IMG/VR virus record: IMGVR_UViG_3300031992_000041
Coordinates: 64,001-108,489 of that record
Reading direction: 5' to 3' (one strand)
Length of the DNA stretch: 44,489 bases
Source: a virus
Lineage: Duplodnaviria; Heunggongvirae; Uroviricota; Caudoviricetes
Below, piece by piece: positions 1-8,448 of this stretch (within the stretch, counting starts at the first letter, position 1; each line of letters begins with the position of its first letter). The translations under genes and the position numbers were made by a program. The notes under the pieces were generated by a model. It ran no database searches, was not told the DNA's origin, and worked only from the letters and a program-made list of their open reading frames with translations.

Positions 1-606
1 GACGCACCGCTGCTTCAGCAGGTCGCCGATGCGGGCATTCATCTCACCGGCGGTGACGAACGCCGACTTTATCCCCCGCTCCTCCAGGAACACCGGCAGG
101 ATCCTGCGGCAGATGAGTGTCTTGCCGAGACCGGGCGTGCCCAGCAGGAGCAGTCCCCTACCCTTGTTGTCGGTGAGCCAGTCGGCCAGACCGTCGTAGC
201 CCTTCAGCCACTGTTCCCCGCCCTTCAGGTAGTAATGCAGTCCATTGCGCAGGCGCTCACGGGCGCCTGTCATCTGTATCGCAGGCACGCCACCGCCCGT
301 GTCGCCGCCCGGCTGCAAGGTGGCGGCGGCCGCCTGTGCGGGCTCGGCCTCATGCCGTATGCGGTAGCGCAGGCTCACGCCCTCGCCGAACGACTCCTTG
401 AGGGCCCATGCCATCAGGCGCAGGCCGCACTGCTCGATATACTCATAGACGTAGTGGCTTGGCACCTGCAGGAGCAGCGTCTTCGCCTGGGGGTCGTACT
501 GCTCCAGCACGATGTCGCCATACCATACGCTGAAGGCATGGTCGTCGCTCATCTTCTCACGGATCATCTGCAGGCACTGCTGCCATCTCTCTCTGTACTC
601 TTCCAT
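1..606 (-). CDS. DnaA domain-I-like N-terminus fused to P-loop ATPase (DnaA/DnaC-like); runs off the left edge
   Basis: Hand translation from ATG at 606: MEEYRERWQQCLQMIREKMSDDHAFSVWYGDIVLEQYDPQAKTLLLQVPSHYVYEYIE...GRGLLLLGTPGLGKT (Walker A); no stop before base 1, hence absent from the ORF track; directly downstream of rep. Confidence 0.75.
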   Translation of the reverse strand, partial: MEEYRERWQQCLQMIREKMSDDHAFSVWYGDIVLEQYDPQAKTLLLQVPSHYVYEYIEQCGLRLMAWALKESFGEGVSLRYRIRHEAEPAQAAAATLQPGGDTGGGVPAIQMTGARERLRNGLHYYLKGGEQWLKGYDGLADWLTDNKGRGLLLLGTPGLGKTLICRRILPVFLEERGIKSAFVTAGEMNARIGDLLKQRCV

Positions 607-646
607 CTTACCATTCAATCAAACCATTCTTTTCATGAATCACACG

Positions 647-1666
647 TCACCACACCTCTGGCTGGTCTGACAGGCCGGCATTGGCTGTCTTCTGGGCCTT
701 CCTCGGCTCAGGCCTGGCATCCACGGCCGCGCCATCGCCTGCGGCGGTACGCTGCAGGATGGCGTCGTGGGCCTCTATCTGCTGCTGTCGGATGTTACGG
801 CCGGTGTCGGTCAGGTGGATGTGGAAGACGACGGCCTCGGGCGTGCCGCGCTTCTTGCCTGCCGGGTAGCGGAACTCGTAGTCGAAGGTGCAGTCGATAT
901 GGTCGGCTGCATCGGCTATCTCGCGCTTGGCAGGCTCCAGCACGCGCTTCTTGAAGTCGTGGATGTCCCTGTACTTGTCGGCCATGTACCTGCCCTTCTC
1001 CTTGTTGAAGGTGGCCAGCAGGATATAGCGCAACTTCTCGTACTCGATGGTCCAGGTGCCCGCGTACTTGTTGGCGTTGATGAGCAGGTAGATGCGGCCC
1101 GCGTAGCCCGAGGAGAAGCAGAACACGGCATCCTTGAGGTACTTCTGGTAGCGGGTGAACGTAAAGAGGTCCTTGGCGGTGCTCTCCGTCATGTAGAGTT
1201 TTATGTCGGTGCGGCGCTCCTTCTTGGTCTCGTCGGGCACGTCGATGACGGGGAACACGACGATGGAGCGCACGTAGCCGTCCTGTTCCTTCTCGTAGAA
1301 CAGGGAGCCCTGCATGGCACGCGCCGCCTCGCTGACATAGCGGTAGTTTGCCGGATCGACGCCCAGTTCGGAATACTTGACCGAGAAGTGCAGGTAATTG
1401 CCAGACACACCCTTGACGGGGCGGAAGTCGTCATCACTGAACAGGCTGCCGGTGAACCCGCCCTCGTGCTGCTTCCTGACGGCACGGGCGATACGATCCT
1501 GCAACTTGTCCATGATGGTGGTCTGGATGCGGGCGTGCATCACCGACATGTCGCCGTTGAGATAGGCGAAGGTGATGGGCTGCGTGATCATCCTGCGCTG
1601 GTCGATGGGCACATTGCTGATAATCTCCTGCTTGCGCAGTTCGGCCTTTTTGCTCTTTCTTGCCAT
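647..1666 (-). CDS. Rep_3-family plasmid replication initiator
   Basis: 339 aa; FSSGYAGRIYLLI and YRDIHDFKKRVLEPAKREI resemble the Rep_3 winged-helix motifs; iteron array immediately upstream. Confidence 0.85.
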   Translation of the reverse strand: MARKSKKAELRKQEIISNVPIDQRRMITQPITFAYLNGDMSVMHARIQTTIMDKLQDRIARAVRKQHEGGFTGSLFSDDDFRPVKGVSGNYLHFSVKYSELGVDPANYRYVSEAARAMQGSLFYEKEQDGYVRSIVVFPVIDVPDETKKERRTDIKLYMTESTAKDLFTFTRYQKYLKDAVFCFSSGYAGRIYLLINANKYAGTWTIEYEKLRYILLATFNKEKGRYMADKYRDIHDFKKRVLEPAKREIADAADHIDCTFDYEFRYPAGKKRGTPEAVVFHIHLTDTGRNIRQQQIEAHDAILQRTAAGDGAAVDARPEPRKAQKTANAGLSDQPEVW

Positions 1667-1699
1667 AGTCTAATATTAATTCGTTGTAACTTTCGGGGA

Positions 1700-1731
1700 C
1701 AAAGTTATAAAATTGTCCGCAAACTACCAAA
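1700..1731 (-). promoter_or_regulatory. Bacteroidetes housekeeping promoter of rep
   Basis: Minus strand TTTG (1731-1728), 20 bp, TAACTTTG (1707-1700); an iteron-like 16-mer (1705-1720) lies in the spacer. Confidence 0.7.
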
Positions 1732-1776
1732 CATTTTTGCATTTATTTTCAGATAGTTACGAAAAAACATTGAAAA

Positions 1777-2352
1777 CTATGAATCTGTCCGAGTTTTGTA
1801 AAACTATAAATATGTCCGAGAAAAACTATATAAACGTCCGAGATTTGCAGATGTTCCTAAACTGTTCCGCCTGACAGGGAACCTATGAATCCGTCCGAGA
1901 AAAACTATGAATCTGTCCGTATTAGCCGACGGAAACCTATGAATCCGTCCGAAAACGGGCAGGAAACCTATGAATCCGTCCGGAACAAAACCGTGCAACC
2001 GCCTGTGAATCTGTCGGAATAAACCTGTGAATCCGTCCGAAAACGGCTGTTAATCCGTCCGTGACCGCCTATGAATCTGTCTGAACAAACCTGTGAATCT
2101 GTCGGACAAAAACTATGAAAACGTCTGAAAACACCACCCTACTCTATTGGTTGTCAGACAGTTGCGCCATGGCTTACTCTATACTCATCCTACTATCCTG
2201 ATATACTCAAAAAAAAAATAAACCCATAAACTCAGACAAATTTATAGGTTTATTATGAAAGAACTAAAATGTAAAACTCGGACATATTTATAACGCGTAT
2301 GCGCTGCGGGGTGACGTAAAAGCGCCTGCGCGAAACTCGGACAGATTTACAA
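1777..2352. repeat. Iteron array / replication origin
   Basis: 13 direct copies of CT(A/G)TGAATC(C/T)GTCCGA-like 16-mers starting at 1777,1804,1826,1883,1905,1937,1968,2003,2025,2047,2069,2091,2113 (mostly 22-bp period), 3 inverted copies at 2232,2278,2337, and an AT-rich tract near 2200-2280. Confidence 0.85.
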
Positions 2353-2379
2353 CTTAGCGCACGGCCCTGTCATGTACGG

Positions 2380-3297
2380 CTATTTGCTTTTTTCGTATTC
2401 CTCGGCCGACAGCGTCGCTACCTGCCAGTCGGCGGTGCTGCCGGAGAAGAGCGGTCCGTATAGTATGGTGACGTGACCTCGGCGGATGGATATCTTCGGC
2501 AGGACGGTGGTGGCCATCGGGCGGCCGTCTTTGCCCATCACCTCGACCTGCAGTTGTATGTTGTCAAGTCCTTCTTTAGGACAGAGTATGCGTCCGGAAG
2601 TGAAGATTCCATGGATCAGTGACTTTGACGGATCTATCTCCATGTTGCCTTCGGCGGTGGCGTCAGACTTCGTGTAGCCGTTGCCGAAGAGTTCTGCCGA
2701 CGTGACGAGCGGCAGTCCCTTCACTTTTGCCACGACCTTGCCGTCGGCACCGGCAGCCGCCTCCGCCGATGGCTTGTCTGACAACATGACCTCCACGCGG
2801 GCGCTGAGCGGCGCATACTCCAGTTTCTGTTTGGGCAGTAGGTATTCTGACACGTTCATACTGCACTCGGCATAGCGTACGTCCGACGGCTCGGTCTGGC
2901 CCTTGCCGATGGTGACGGTCTTCGTGTGCGGGTCGAAGCGGGTCTTGTCGGCGGTCTTGCCGAGCAACTCAAACCATACCACCTGGTGCTCTCCGACACT
3001 CAGGTCTATCTCCACATCGTTAGGGAAACTGCTGCCGTCGGCATAGTACTTGCCGTTGTACACCTCAATGGTGTCCGACCCGGCATACCGTCCTGCCGCA
3101 TAGTCGAACATGTAGGAGATGCCGTTGTTGAGTTGGAAGGTGACCGGCGTGGTCTTCTCAGAGGTGCCTCCGCCGGCGGGTTCGTCCGCCTTTGGATCGT
3201 CGTCGCTGCCGCCACAGGCGGTGAGGGTGATGGCTGTGACACATGCAAGCGCCAGGAGTGCCTGACGGCTCGCGGTAAGGAATGCTTTCGTTTTCAT
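2380..3297 (-). CDS. Lipoprotein, possibly FimB/Mfa2-like beta-sandwich
   Basis: Signal peptide II with lipobox LTAC-GG followed by acidic SDDD; beta-rich body; the family call is tentative. Confidence 0.7.
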   Translation of the reverse strand: MKTKAFLTASRQALLALACVTAITLTACGGSDDDPKADEPAGGGTSEKTTPVTFQLNNGISYMFDYAAGRYAGSDTIEVYNGKYYADGSSFPNDVEIDLSVGEHQVVWFELLGKTADKTRFDPHTKTVTIGKGQTEPSDVRYAECSMNVSEYLLPKQKLEYAPLSARVEVMLSDKPSAEAAAGADGKVVAKVKGLPLVTSAELFGNGYTKSDATAEGNMEIDPSKSLIHGIFTSGRILCPKEGLDNIQLQVEVMGKDGRPMATTVLPKISIRRGHVTILYGPLFSGSTADWQVATLSAEEYEKSK

Positions 3298-3326
3298 TGT
3301 TGTACTGTTTTTAATTGTTTAATTAA

Positions 3327-3380
3327 ATGCTTAAATGCTTGAATACTTAGATGATTGTTTGATTATCTGCTTGTTTGTTT
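3327..3380. repeat. 8-bp-phased ATGCTT-like repeats, cluster 1 (centromere-like)
   Basis: Hexamers at 3327,3335,3343,3351,3359,3367,3375. Confidence 0.6.
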
Positions 3381-3788
3381 GGTTCCCTTGCGCTGTCCTC
3401 TCGGTGGCCGGCTACGCACTTCCGCCTGCCTTCTGGCAAACTCCTCGTCGGTCATCTGTGCGTCGCTGTGCAGTTTCTCGATGATGGCCAACTCGACGAA
3501 GTCCTGGCGTGTCATGTTGGCGAAGGAGTTGCAGTACTGGCTGACCAGGTTGTACTCGGCGAGCGGGATCTGCGGATTGGGGAGCCGCATGAACCTCGGC
3601 TGCTCGCAGGCGGTTGCACTGCTGCTACTGTCGTTCTGCTGGGCTGCCGACAATGTCGGCCTCCCACCCTGTTCTGCCCCCTGCCGCTCGATGGCGGCCA
3701 CTGTGGCTGCAGCCTGTACGAGCGACTCCTGGAATGAGCCCACCACCCCGTCGTGCTGCATCTGTGCGAATTTGTCTTTCTTTGCCAT
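3363..3788 (-). CDS. Small partition partner protein (ParG/omega-like role inferred)
   Basis: 141 aa, downstream of parA, flexible N-terminus, C-terminal helical pair (LVSQYCNSFANMTRQDFVELAIIEKL); flanked by phased repeats. Confidence 0.55.
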   Translation of the reverse strand: MAKKDKFAQMQHDGVVGSFQESLVQAAATVAAIERQGAEQGGRPTLSAAQQNDSSSSATACEQPRFMRLPNPQIPLAEYNLVSQYCNSFANMTRQDFVELAIIEKLHSDAQMTDEEFARRQAEVRSRPPRGQRKGTKQTSR

Positions 3789-3789
3789 A

Positions 3790-3957
3790 ATGCTTATCTA
3801 ATTGAATGCTTAAATGCTTGTTTGATTGAATGCTTGATTGCACAATTGCTTGTATGCTTAAATGCTTAGAAGATTATATGCTTGGATGCTTGTTTAATCA
3901 AATGCTTATATTATTAAATAAGTATATGCTTAAATGCTTGGATAAGCAACTAAGCAA
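3790..3957. repeat. 8-bp-phased ATGCTT repeats, cluster 2 (centromere-like)
   Basis: ATGCTT at 3790,3806,3814,3830,3854,3862,3878,3886,3902,3926,3934 and TTGCTT at 3846, all in the same phase modulo 8; inverted AAGCA at 3944 and 3952. Confidence 0.75.
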
Positions 3958-4783
3958 ACTTCCTGAGATATTCTGCTGCGAGTGCGGTATAGTCTTCTGC
4001 CGCCCTTCCGCCGCCGTAGGACGAGAACACGTCCTCCCTGAGTGCCTGGCTCTCGATGATGTCCTTCGATCGGCGCACGGCGGTGGTGAACGTCTCCCGG
4101 AACGACTGCCTTATCTGTGGCTCGTAGAGTCGGGCGCTGCGCAGTTTGCCGTCGAGTTTGGTAATGAGGATGCCGTGGATGGTCAGGTTCTCCGTCTCGG
4201 CCCCCACCTTGCCTGCGGCCACGGCGATGTTGGCCATGCCCTTCACGCTGGCCTCCTCCAGTTCGGTAGGGATGATGTAGCCGTCGGCGGCGTAGAGGGC
4301 GTTGTAGGTCATGCGCGACATGGCGGGCTGTGTGTCGATGAACACGAAGTCGAAGGCGTCATGCAGGGTCGCTGGCAGTTCCCCGCCGGTGCGGTTGTCG
4401 ATGGGTCGTGCGAGGATTTCCTTCAGGGCCCTGCTCGGGTTGGGGCGCAGCGAGAGGATGGCGTCGATGCCGTTCAGGTTGACGCTTGCGGGCGAGAAGT
4501 AGAGCCCGTTCTGGGCGTGGTACACTGGCAGTCCCTGCTGTTCGCTGCACAGTGCGGTGTAGAGGGTGGGTGACCCTTCGAGTTCGCGGCGGTCGTCCCA
4601 GCCGAGGAAGTAGGAGAGGTTGCGCTGCGGGTCGCAGTCGATGACGAGCACCCTGTAGCCTTCGATGCGCCTGGCGATGGCCGAGGCGAGGTTGAGCACG
4701 GTCGATGTCTTGCCGGCACCGCCCTTGTTGTTTGACACCACTACGACATGGCGCAGTTGGTGTGTCCTGTTTTTCTTTGCCAT
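3950..4783 (-). CDS. parA: ParA/Soj partition ATPase
   Basis: Deviant Walker A KGGAGKTST, IDCDPQRN, DFVFIDTQP; start placed at ATG 4783 because a promoter lies at 4816-4847. Confidence 0.93.
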   Translation of the reverse strand: MAKKNRTHQLRHVVVVSNNKGGAGKTSTVLNLASAIARRIEGYRVLVIDCDPQRNLSYFLGWDDRRELEGSPTLYTALCSEQQGLPVYHAQNGLYFSPASVNLNGIDAILSLRPNPSRALKEILARPIDNRTGGELPATLHDAFDFVFIDTQPAMSRMTYNALYAADGYIIPTELEEASVKGMANIAVAAGKVGAETENLTIHGILITKLDGKLRSARLYEPQIRQSFRETFTTAVRRSKDIIESQALREDVFSSYGGGRAAEDYTALAAEYLRKFA

Positions 4784-4815
4784 AAAAAAGTGAATTAAAA
4801 TGTTGTAACTTGGCG

Positions 4816-4871
4816 CAAAGATATGATTATTTAAGCAAATAAGCAAATAAGCAAATAATTATTTAAGCATT
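4816..4871 (-). promoter_or_regulatory. parA promoter overlapped by repeat cluster 3 (operator-like)
   Basis: TTTG (4847-4844), 20 bp, TATCTTTG (4823-4816); AAGCAAAT x3 at 4833,4841,4849 and AAGCAT at 4865. Confidence 0.7.
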
Positions 4872-4885
4872 ATTAACTTTGTCGT

Positions 4886-4920
4886 TGCCCTTGACTTTGG
4901 AAATCATATATAATATCTTG
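4886..4920 (+). promoter_or_regulatory. Element-specific promoter motif, copy 1
   Basis: TGCCCTTGAC-N18-TATCTTG upstream of ORF 4946. Confidence 0.65.
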
Positions 4921-4945
4921 CTGAAAAGACAAAAACAGAGATGTC

Positions 4946-5959
4946 ATGATACAGAAAATCAAGAGCAACGAGTATCTGAGGCGCATCGACAACATGTCGG
5001 TGGCCGAGAAGGAGAGTTACCTCCGCAGGGTGGGGGAGTGGCTGGAGAAGAAGGCGCCCCTGCTGCTGCCGAGGACGGGCGACGACGCGGCGCGATTCCA
5101 GAACGCCGTGCAGTGCAGTGCCGTGTGGAACGACGCGGAGTGCAAGGCGTGGAACGACGGCGCGGTGCTGATGACGGCGCTGATGAGTACCGCCGACACG
5201 TGGCTGCCAGACCTGCTATATGCGAAGGCTGCCAGGAGAGCCGTCAGGCAGATGGTGGCGGTCTTGAACAGTGCATTGCGCGCCACGAGCGGCAAGGCCG
5301 TGGCACCGGAGGGCGGACCCGCCATGGAGCCCCATGCGGCAGGACGGGGCGGCACACGGGCGGCGGAGCGGCCGGGCGGCAGGCCGCAGGGCGGCAAGGC
5401 CGTGCCGGTGAGGCCGAAGCACATCGACCAGTACGTACACCTGCTGCCGCAGAAGACGCAGGAGAAGGCTGCCACGGTGAGCGGCCTGCTGCGGGAACTG
5501 GACGTGGCGCGGGAGAACGCCCGCATGCTGATGGAGAGCGGTGCGGCGGCAGACCAGACCGGCGCGTGGTCGAGGACGGCCGCCAGGCTCGACGAGAGGA
5601 TAAGAGCCATCTACGACGAACTGGACGCCGAGTGGGAGAGGCTGGTGAAGACGGGCGCGGTGACGGTCGATGACTTCGGCAACGCGCACGTGGTAGAAAG
5701 TGAAGAAGCGAAGAGTGAACGATTTGACACCGCACAGAAACTGACGAGCGAGCAGAAGGCACGGCGCAGGGAACTGCGCAAGTGGCTCACTGACACCAGA
5801 CGCGGCAACGGCGACACGCGCGAGGAGCATTTGGCGAAGTGGAGCGAGAACTTCAAGGAGTACCTGACGCTGGAGCCCAAGGACAAGGCGCTGGCCGACC
5901 AGAAGATCGTGGCGGCGATGAAGCACTACGGGATTGAACTAAACAGTGAGCAGGCATGA
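4946..5959 (+). CDS. Hypothetical protein
   Basis: 337 aa, GC3-rich codon usage, overlaps the next start (ATGA-type coupling). Confidence 0.75.
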   Translation: MIQKIKSNEYLRRIDNMSVAEKESYLRRVGEWLEKKAPLLLPRTGDDAARFQNAVQCSAVWNDAECKAWNDGAVLMTALMSTADTWLPDLLYAKAARRAVRQMVAVLNSALRATSGKAVAPEGGPAMEPHAAGRGGTRAAERPGGRPQGGKAVPVRPKHIDQYVHLLPQKTQEKAATVSGLLRELDVARENARMLMESGAAADQTGAWSRTAARLDERIRAIYDELDAEWERLVKTGAVTVDDFGNAHVVESEEAKSERFDTAQKLTSEQKARRRELRKWLTDTRRGNGDTREEHLAKWSENFKEYLTLEPKDKALADQKIVAAMKHYGIELNSEQA

Positions 5960-6525
5960 CATTCTACAGCATAGTAAGACAGTGGTGCAGGATATACAAG
6001 CCGATGCTTGACAGCGCCACGAACGGCAACAGACGCTTCTACCTGACGGACTCGACGGGCGGCGTGGTGGACATGGCGAAGAGCATCTCCAACAAGTTCT
6101 CGCCCTTCGTGATTATGGAGAGCGACGTCGATGTAAGCGGCCAGTTCGCCAAGCCGACGAGGAACTACCCGATATACTTCTTCGTGAGAGCACGCGACAT
6201 GGCCGACGGCGACGCGGCGGCAGAGGCGAAGGAGGAGGCGTGGTGGCACGCCCGGAACTTCCTGTCGTGGCTCTACGTGAGGCACATGAAGGAGATTGAG
6301 GAGAACATAAGGGGCGACTTCGCCATGATCGACGTGGAGGGCATCGGCATCGACGTGAACACCGTTGGGCCGCTTGAGAATGGGTGGTTCGGCATAGTGA
6401 TACAGTTTGAGCGCATGGAACCGCTGGACCTATGCGTGGACCCTGACCTGTACGTGGACCCCGACCAGCCGTCGGAGGACTCCAGCGACGGGCAGGACTC
6501 AGGCTCGGCACAGGACAGTAACTAA
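5956..6525 (+). CDS. Hypothetical phage protein
   Basis: 189 aa, translationally coupled to the upstream ORF. Confidence 0.75.
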   Translation: MTFYSIVRQWCRIYKPMLDSATNGNRRFYLTDSTGGVVDMAKSISNKFSPFVIMESDVDVSGQFAKPTRNYPIYFFVRARDMADGDAAAEAKEEAWWHARNFLSWLYVRHMKEIEENIRGDFAMIDVEGIGIDVNTVGPLENGWFGIVIQFERMEPLDLCVDPDLYVDPDQPSEDSSDGQDSGSAQDSN

Positions 6526-6536
6526 AACAGCAAGGC

Positions 6537-6689
6537 ATGAGAAGAAACTGTATGAACTGCGCATCGGTCGTGCCGGACGACAACCACAAGACAGGAGAGT
6601 GTCCTCCCAACTGCATGCTGGTGAACGCCCGTATGTGCTGCGAGGAATGGAAGGAGCGTCCGGCTGCCAAGGACAATGCCAAGACGTAG
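6537..6689 (+). CDS. Small Cys-rich protein (50 aa)
   Basis: Hand translation MRRNCMNCASVVPDDNHKTGECPPNCMLVNARMCCEEWKERPAAKDNAKT; fills the gap between neighbouring genes. Confidence 0.55.
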   Translation: MRRNCMNCASVVPDDNHKTGECPPNCMLVNARMCCEEWKERPAAKDNAKT

Positions 6690-6692
6690 GCC

Positions 6693-7028
6693 ATGGAAAA
6701 AGAAGAGAAAGAGAACGACTGGAAGGTGACCGACCTGGACGCCATCAGCGACAACATGGAGGATGCGGTGCTCGCATTCAACGAGCGGTGGATGCCGATG
6801 CCGCACTTCGACATCGGCGTGGAGGTCATGGACCAGGGACAGTTGCGCGACGCCATGGGGCTCAGGGCGACCTTCGACGCCGGCGACCCGTGGCCGGCTG
6901 CGGAGAGGCGACTGCTGGAGTATGGTTTCCGGTGGCACAGCCTCGGAGGGATGCGGGTGATGTACGTCAGGGAGCGCGACGGCTACGTGCCTGACGACGG
7001 CTGGCAGGAGGCCGAGGAGGTGGAATGA
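6693..7028 (+). CDS. Hypothetical protein
   Basis: 111 aa acidic ORF in operon context. Confidence 0.7.
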   Translation: MEKEEKENDWKVTDLDAISDNMEDAVLAFNERWMPMPHFDIGVEVMDQGQLRDAMGLRATFDAGDPWPAAERRLLEYGFRWHSLGGMRVMYVRERDGYVPDDGWQEAEEVE

Positions 7029-7056
7029 ATCACAATTGAATAATATACGGAATGCA

Positions 7057-7791
7057 ATGGCAACAATCTACAAGGAAGGGTCTCGCGGTGAGGTAGTGAG
7101 ACAGATACAGAGGGTGGCAGGATGCTACCCCGACGGCGTGTGGGGCAGACGCACCACCGAGGCGGTCATGGACTGGCAGAAGGCCCACGGGCTCAATGCC
7201 GACGGCCTCGCAGGGCCTGCGACGCTGGCGGCCATGGGTCTGGCGGCGGCGAAGGCGGCGGTGACCACCGTCGCGGCGAAGGACTCCATCCGGCACGGCG
7301 ACATCACGCTGAAGAAGAGCAGGCGGAGGATCGACTATATAGTGGTACACTGCACGGCGACGCGCGAGGGACAGGCGAAGACCGTCGAGGACATCCGCCG
7401 CGAGCACAAGGCACAGGGATGGAGCGACATAGGCTACCACTACGTGGTGGACCTGAAGGGGCATACGCACCTGGGGCGCGACGTGGACATATCAGGATCG
7501 CACGTCAGCGGCTACAACACATACTCCATCGGCGTGGTGTACGTCGGCGGGCTGGAGAACGACCCGAGGAAACTGTATAAGGACCTGAAGGCGAAGGACA
7601 CGCGCACCGACGCGCAGAAGGCAGAACTGCTGTCGCTCCTGATGGACCTGAGGCGGCTGTACCCCAAGGCCAGGATACAGGGGCACCGCGACTTCTCTGA
7701 GGACAAGAACGGCAACGGCGTCATCGACCCGTGGGAGCGCATCAAGGAGTGCCCGTCGTTCGACGCGAAGAACGAGTACCGAAACATTTAG
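7057..7791 (+). CDS. Endolysin: peptidoglycan-binding domain plus N-acetylmuramoyl-L-alanine amidase (T7 lysozyme-like)
   Basis: DGVWGRRT and DGLAGPATL binding motifs; IVVHCTAT, DIGYHY, GHRD, KECPSF zinc-amidase motifs; start set at MATIYK. Confidence 0.92.
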   Translation: MATIYKEGSRGEVVRQIQRVAGCYPDGVWGRRTTEAVMDWQKAHGLNADGLAGPATLAAMGLAAAKAAVTTVAAKDSIRHGDITLKKSRRRIDYIVVHCTATREGQAKTVEDIRREHKAQGWSDIGYHYVVDLKGHTHLGRDVDISGSHVSGYNTYSIGVVYVGGLENDPRKLYKDLKAKDTRTDAQKAELLSLLMDLRRLYPKARIQGHRDFSEDKNGNGVIDPWERIKECPSFDAKNEYRNI

Positions 7792-7794
7792 GAT

Positions 7795-8448
7795 ATGGAT
7801 AAGACGACGCTACCACAGGAACTGATGTCGTGCTCGCTGCTGCACTTCGAGAGCGGCGTGCCCATCGACGACCTGAACCTGCGGCCCGACCAGAGGCGCA
7901 GGCTGGCGAGGGTGCAGCATGTCTACTGGCAGTGGGTGAGGAACCCGTGGCTGGACACCTACCAACTGTTCCGCCAGATGGTGAGGGGCCAGTTCTCCGG
8001 CGCACCGAACGAGACGCGTGCCGCCAAGATGGACGAGATGCTGTTCAAGTTCGTCCGCGACCACGTGGCTCCGCCGAGCCGTGCGGAGTCGCGGGCGAAG
8101 GTGTATGCCGCCGCCGACAAGATGATACAAATAGGCATGCAGAACGACGACGTGATGGCCCTCGACAAAGGCAGCAAGCGCCTGTACGACGTGGCCGGCC
8201 TGGACAAGCCGGAGGAGGACAGAGCCGACATGAACAGGCTTTCGTTCCTGCCGCCGGTGGTTACCACAAGTGCCAGGGAGGTTGACGAGACCAAGGAGGA
8301 CGTTGACGATCCTGAGATGAAGCGCATCATGGCCAAGTACGGCGGTTACGTGGACGATAAAGAGAAAGACATCAGCAGGATGGTCGAGACGATGGAGGCA
8401 CGGAGCGGCGTGACGGAGGAAGAGCGGCATGAGCAGGATAGGCAGTAA
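7795..8448 (+). CDS. Hypothetical protein, possible terminase small subunit (position only)
   Basis: 217 aa helical ORF overlapping the start of the large terminase. Confidence 0.45.
   Translation: MDKTTLPQELMSCSLLHFESGVPIDDLNLRPDQRRRLARVQHVYWQWVRNPWLDTYQLFRQMVRGQFSGAPNETRAAKMDEMLFKFVRDHVAPPSRAESRAKVYAAADKMIQIGMQNDDVMALDKGSKRLYDVAGLDKPEEDRADMNRLSFLPPVVTTSAREVDETKEDVDDPEMKRIMAKYGGYVDDKEKDISRMVETMEARSGVTEEERHEQDRQ

Noticed and set aside
1777-2128. CRISPR or coding interpretation (ORF 1804-1998) of the 16-mer repeats
   Set aside because: Spacers are mostly 6 bp, and position and phasing fit iterons; the ORF is a repeat artefact
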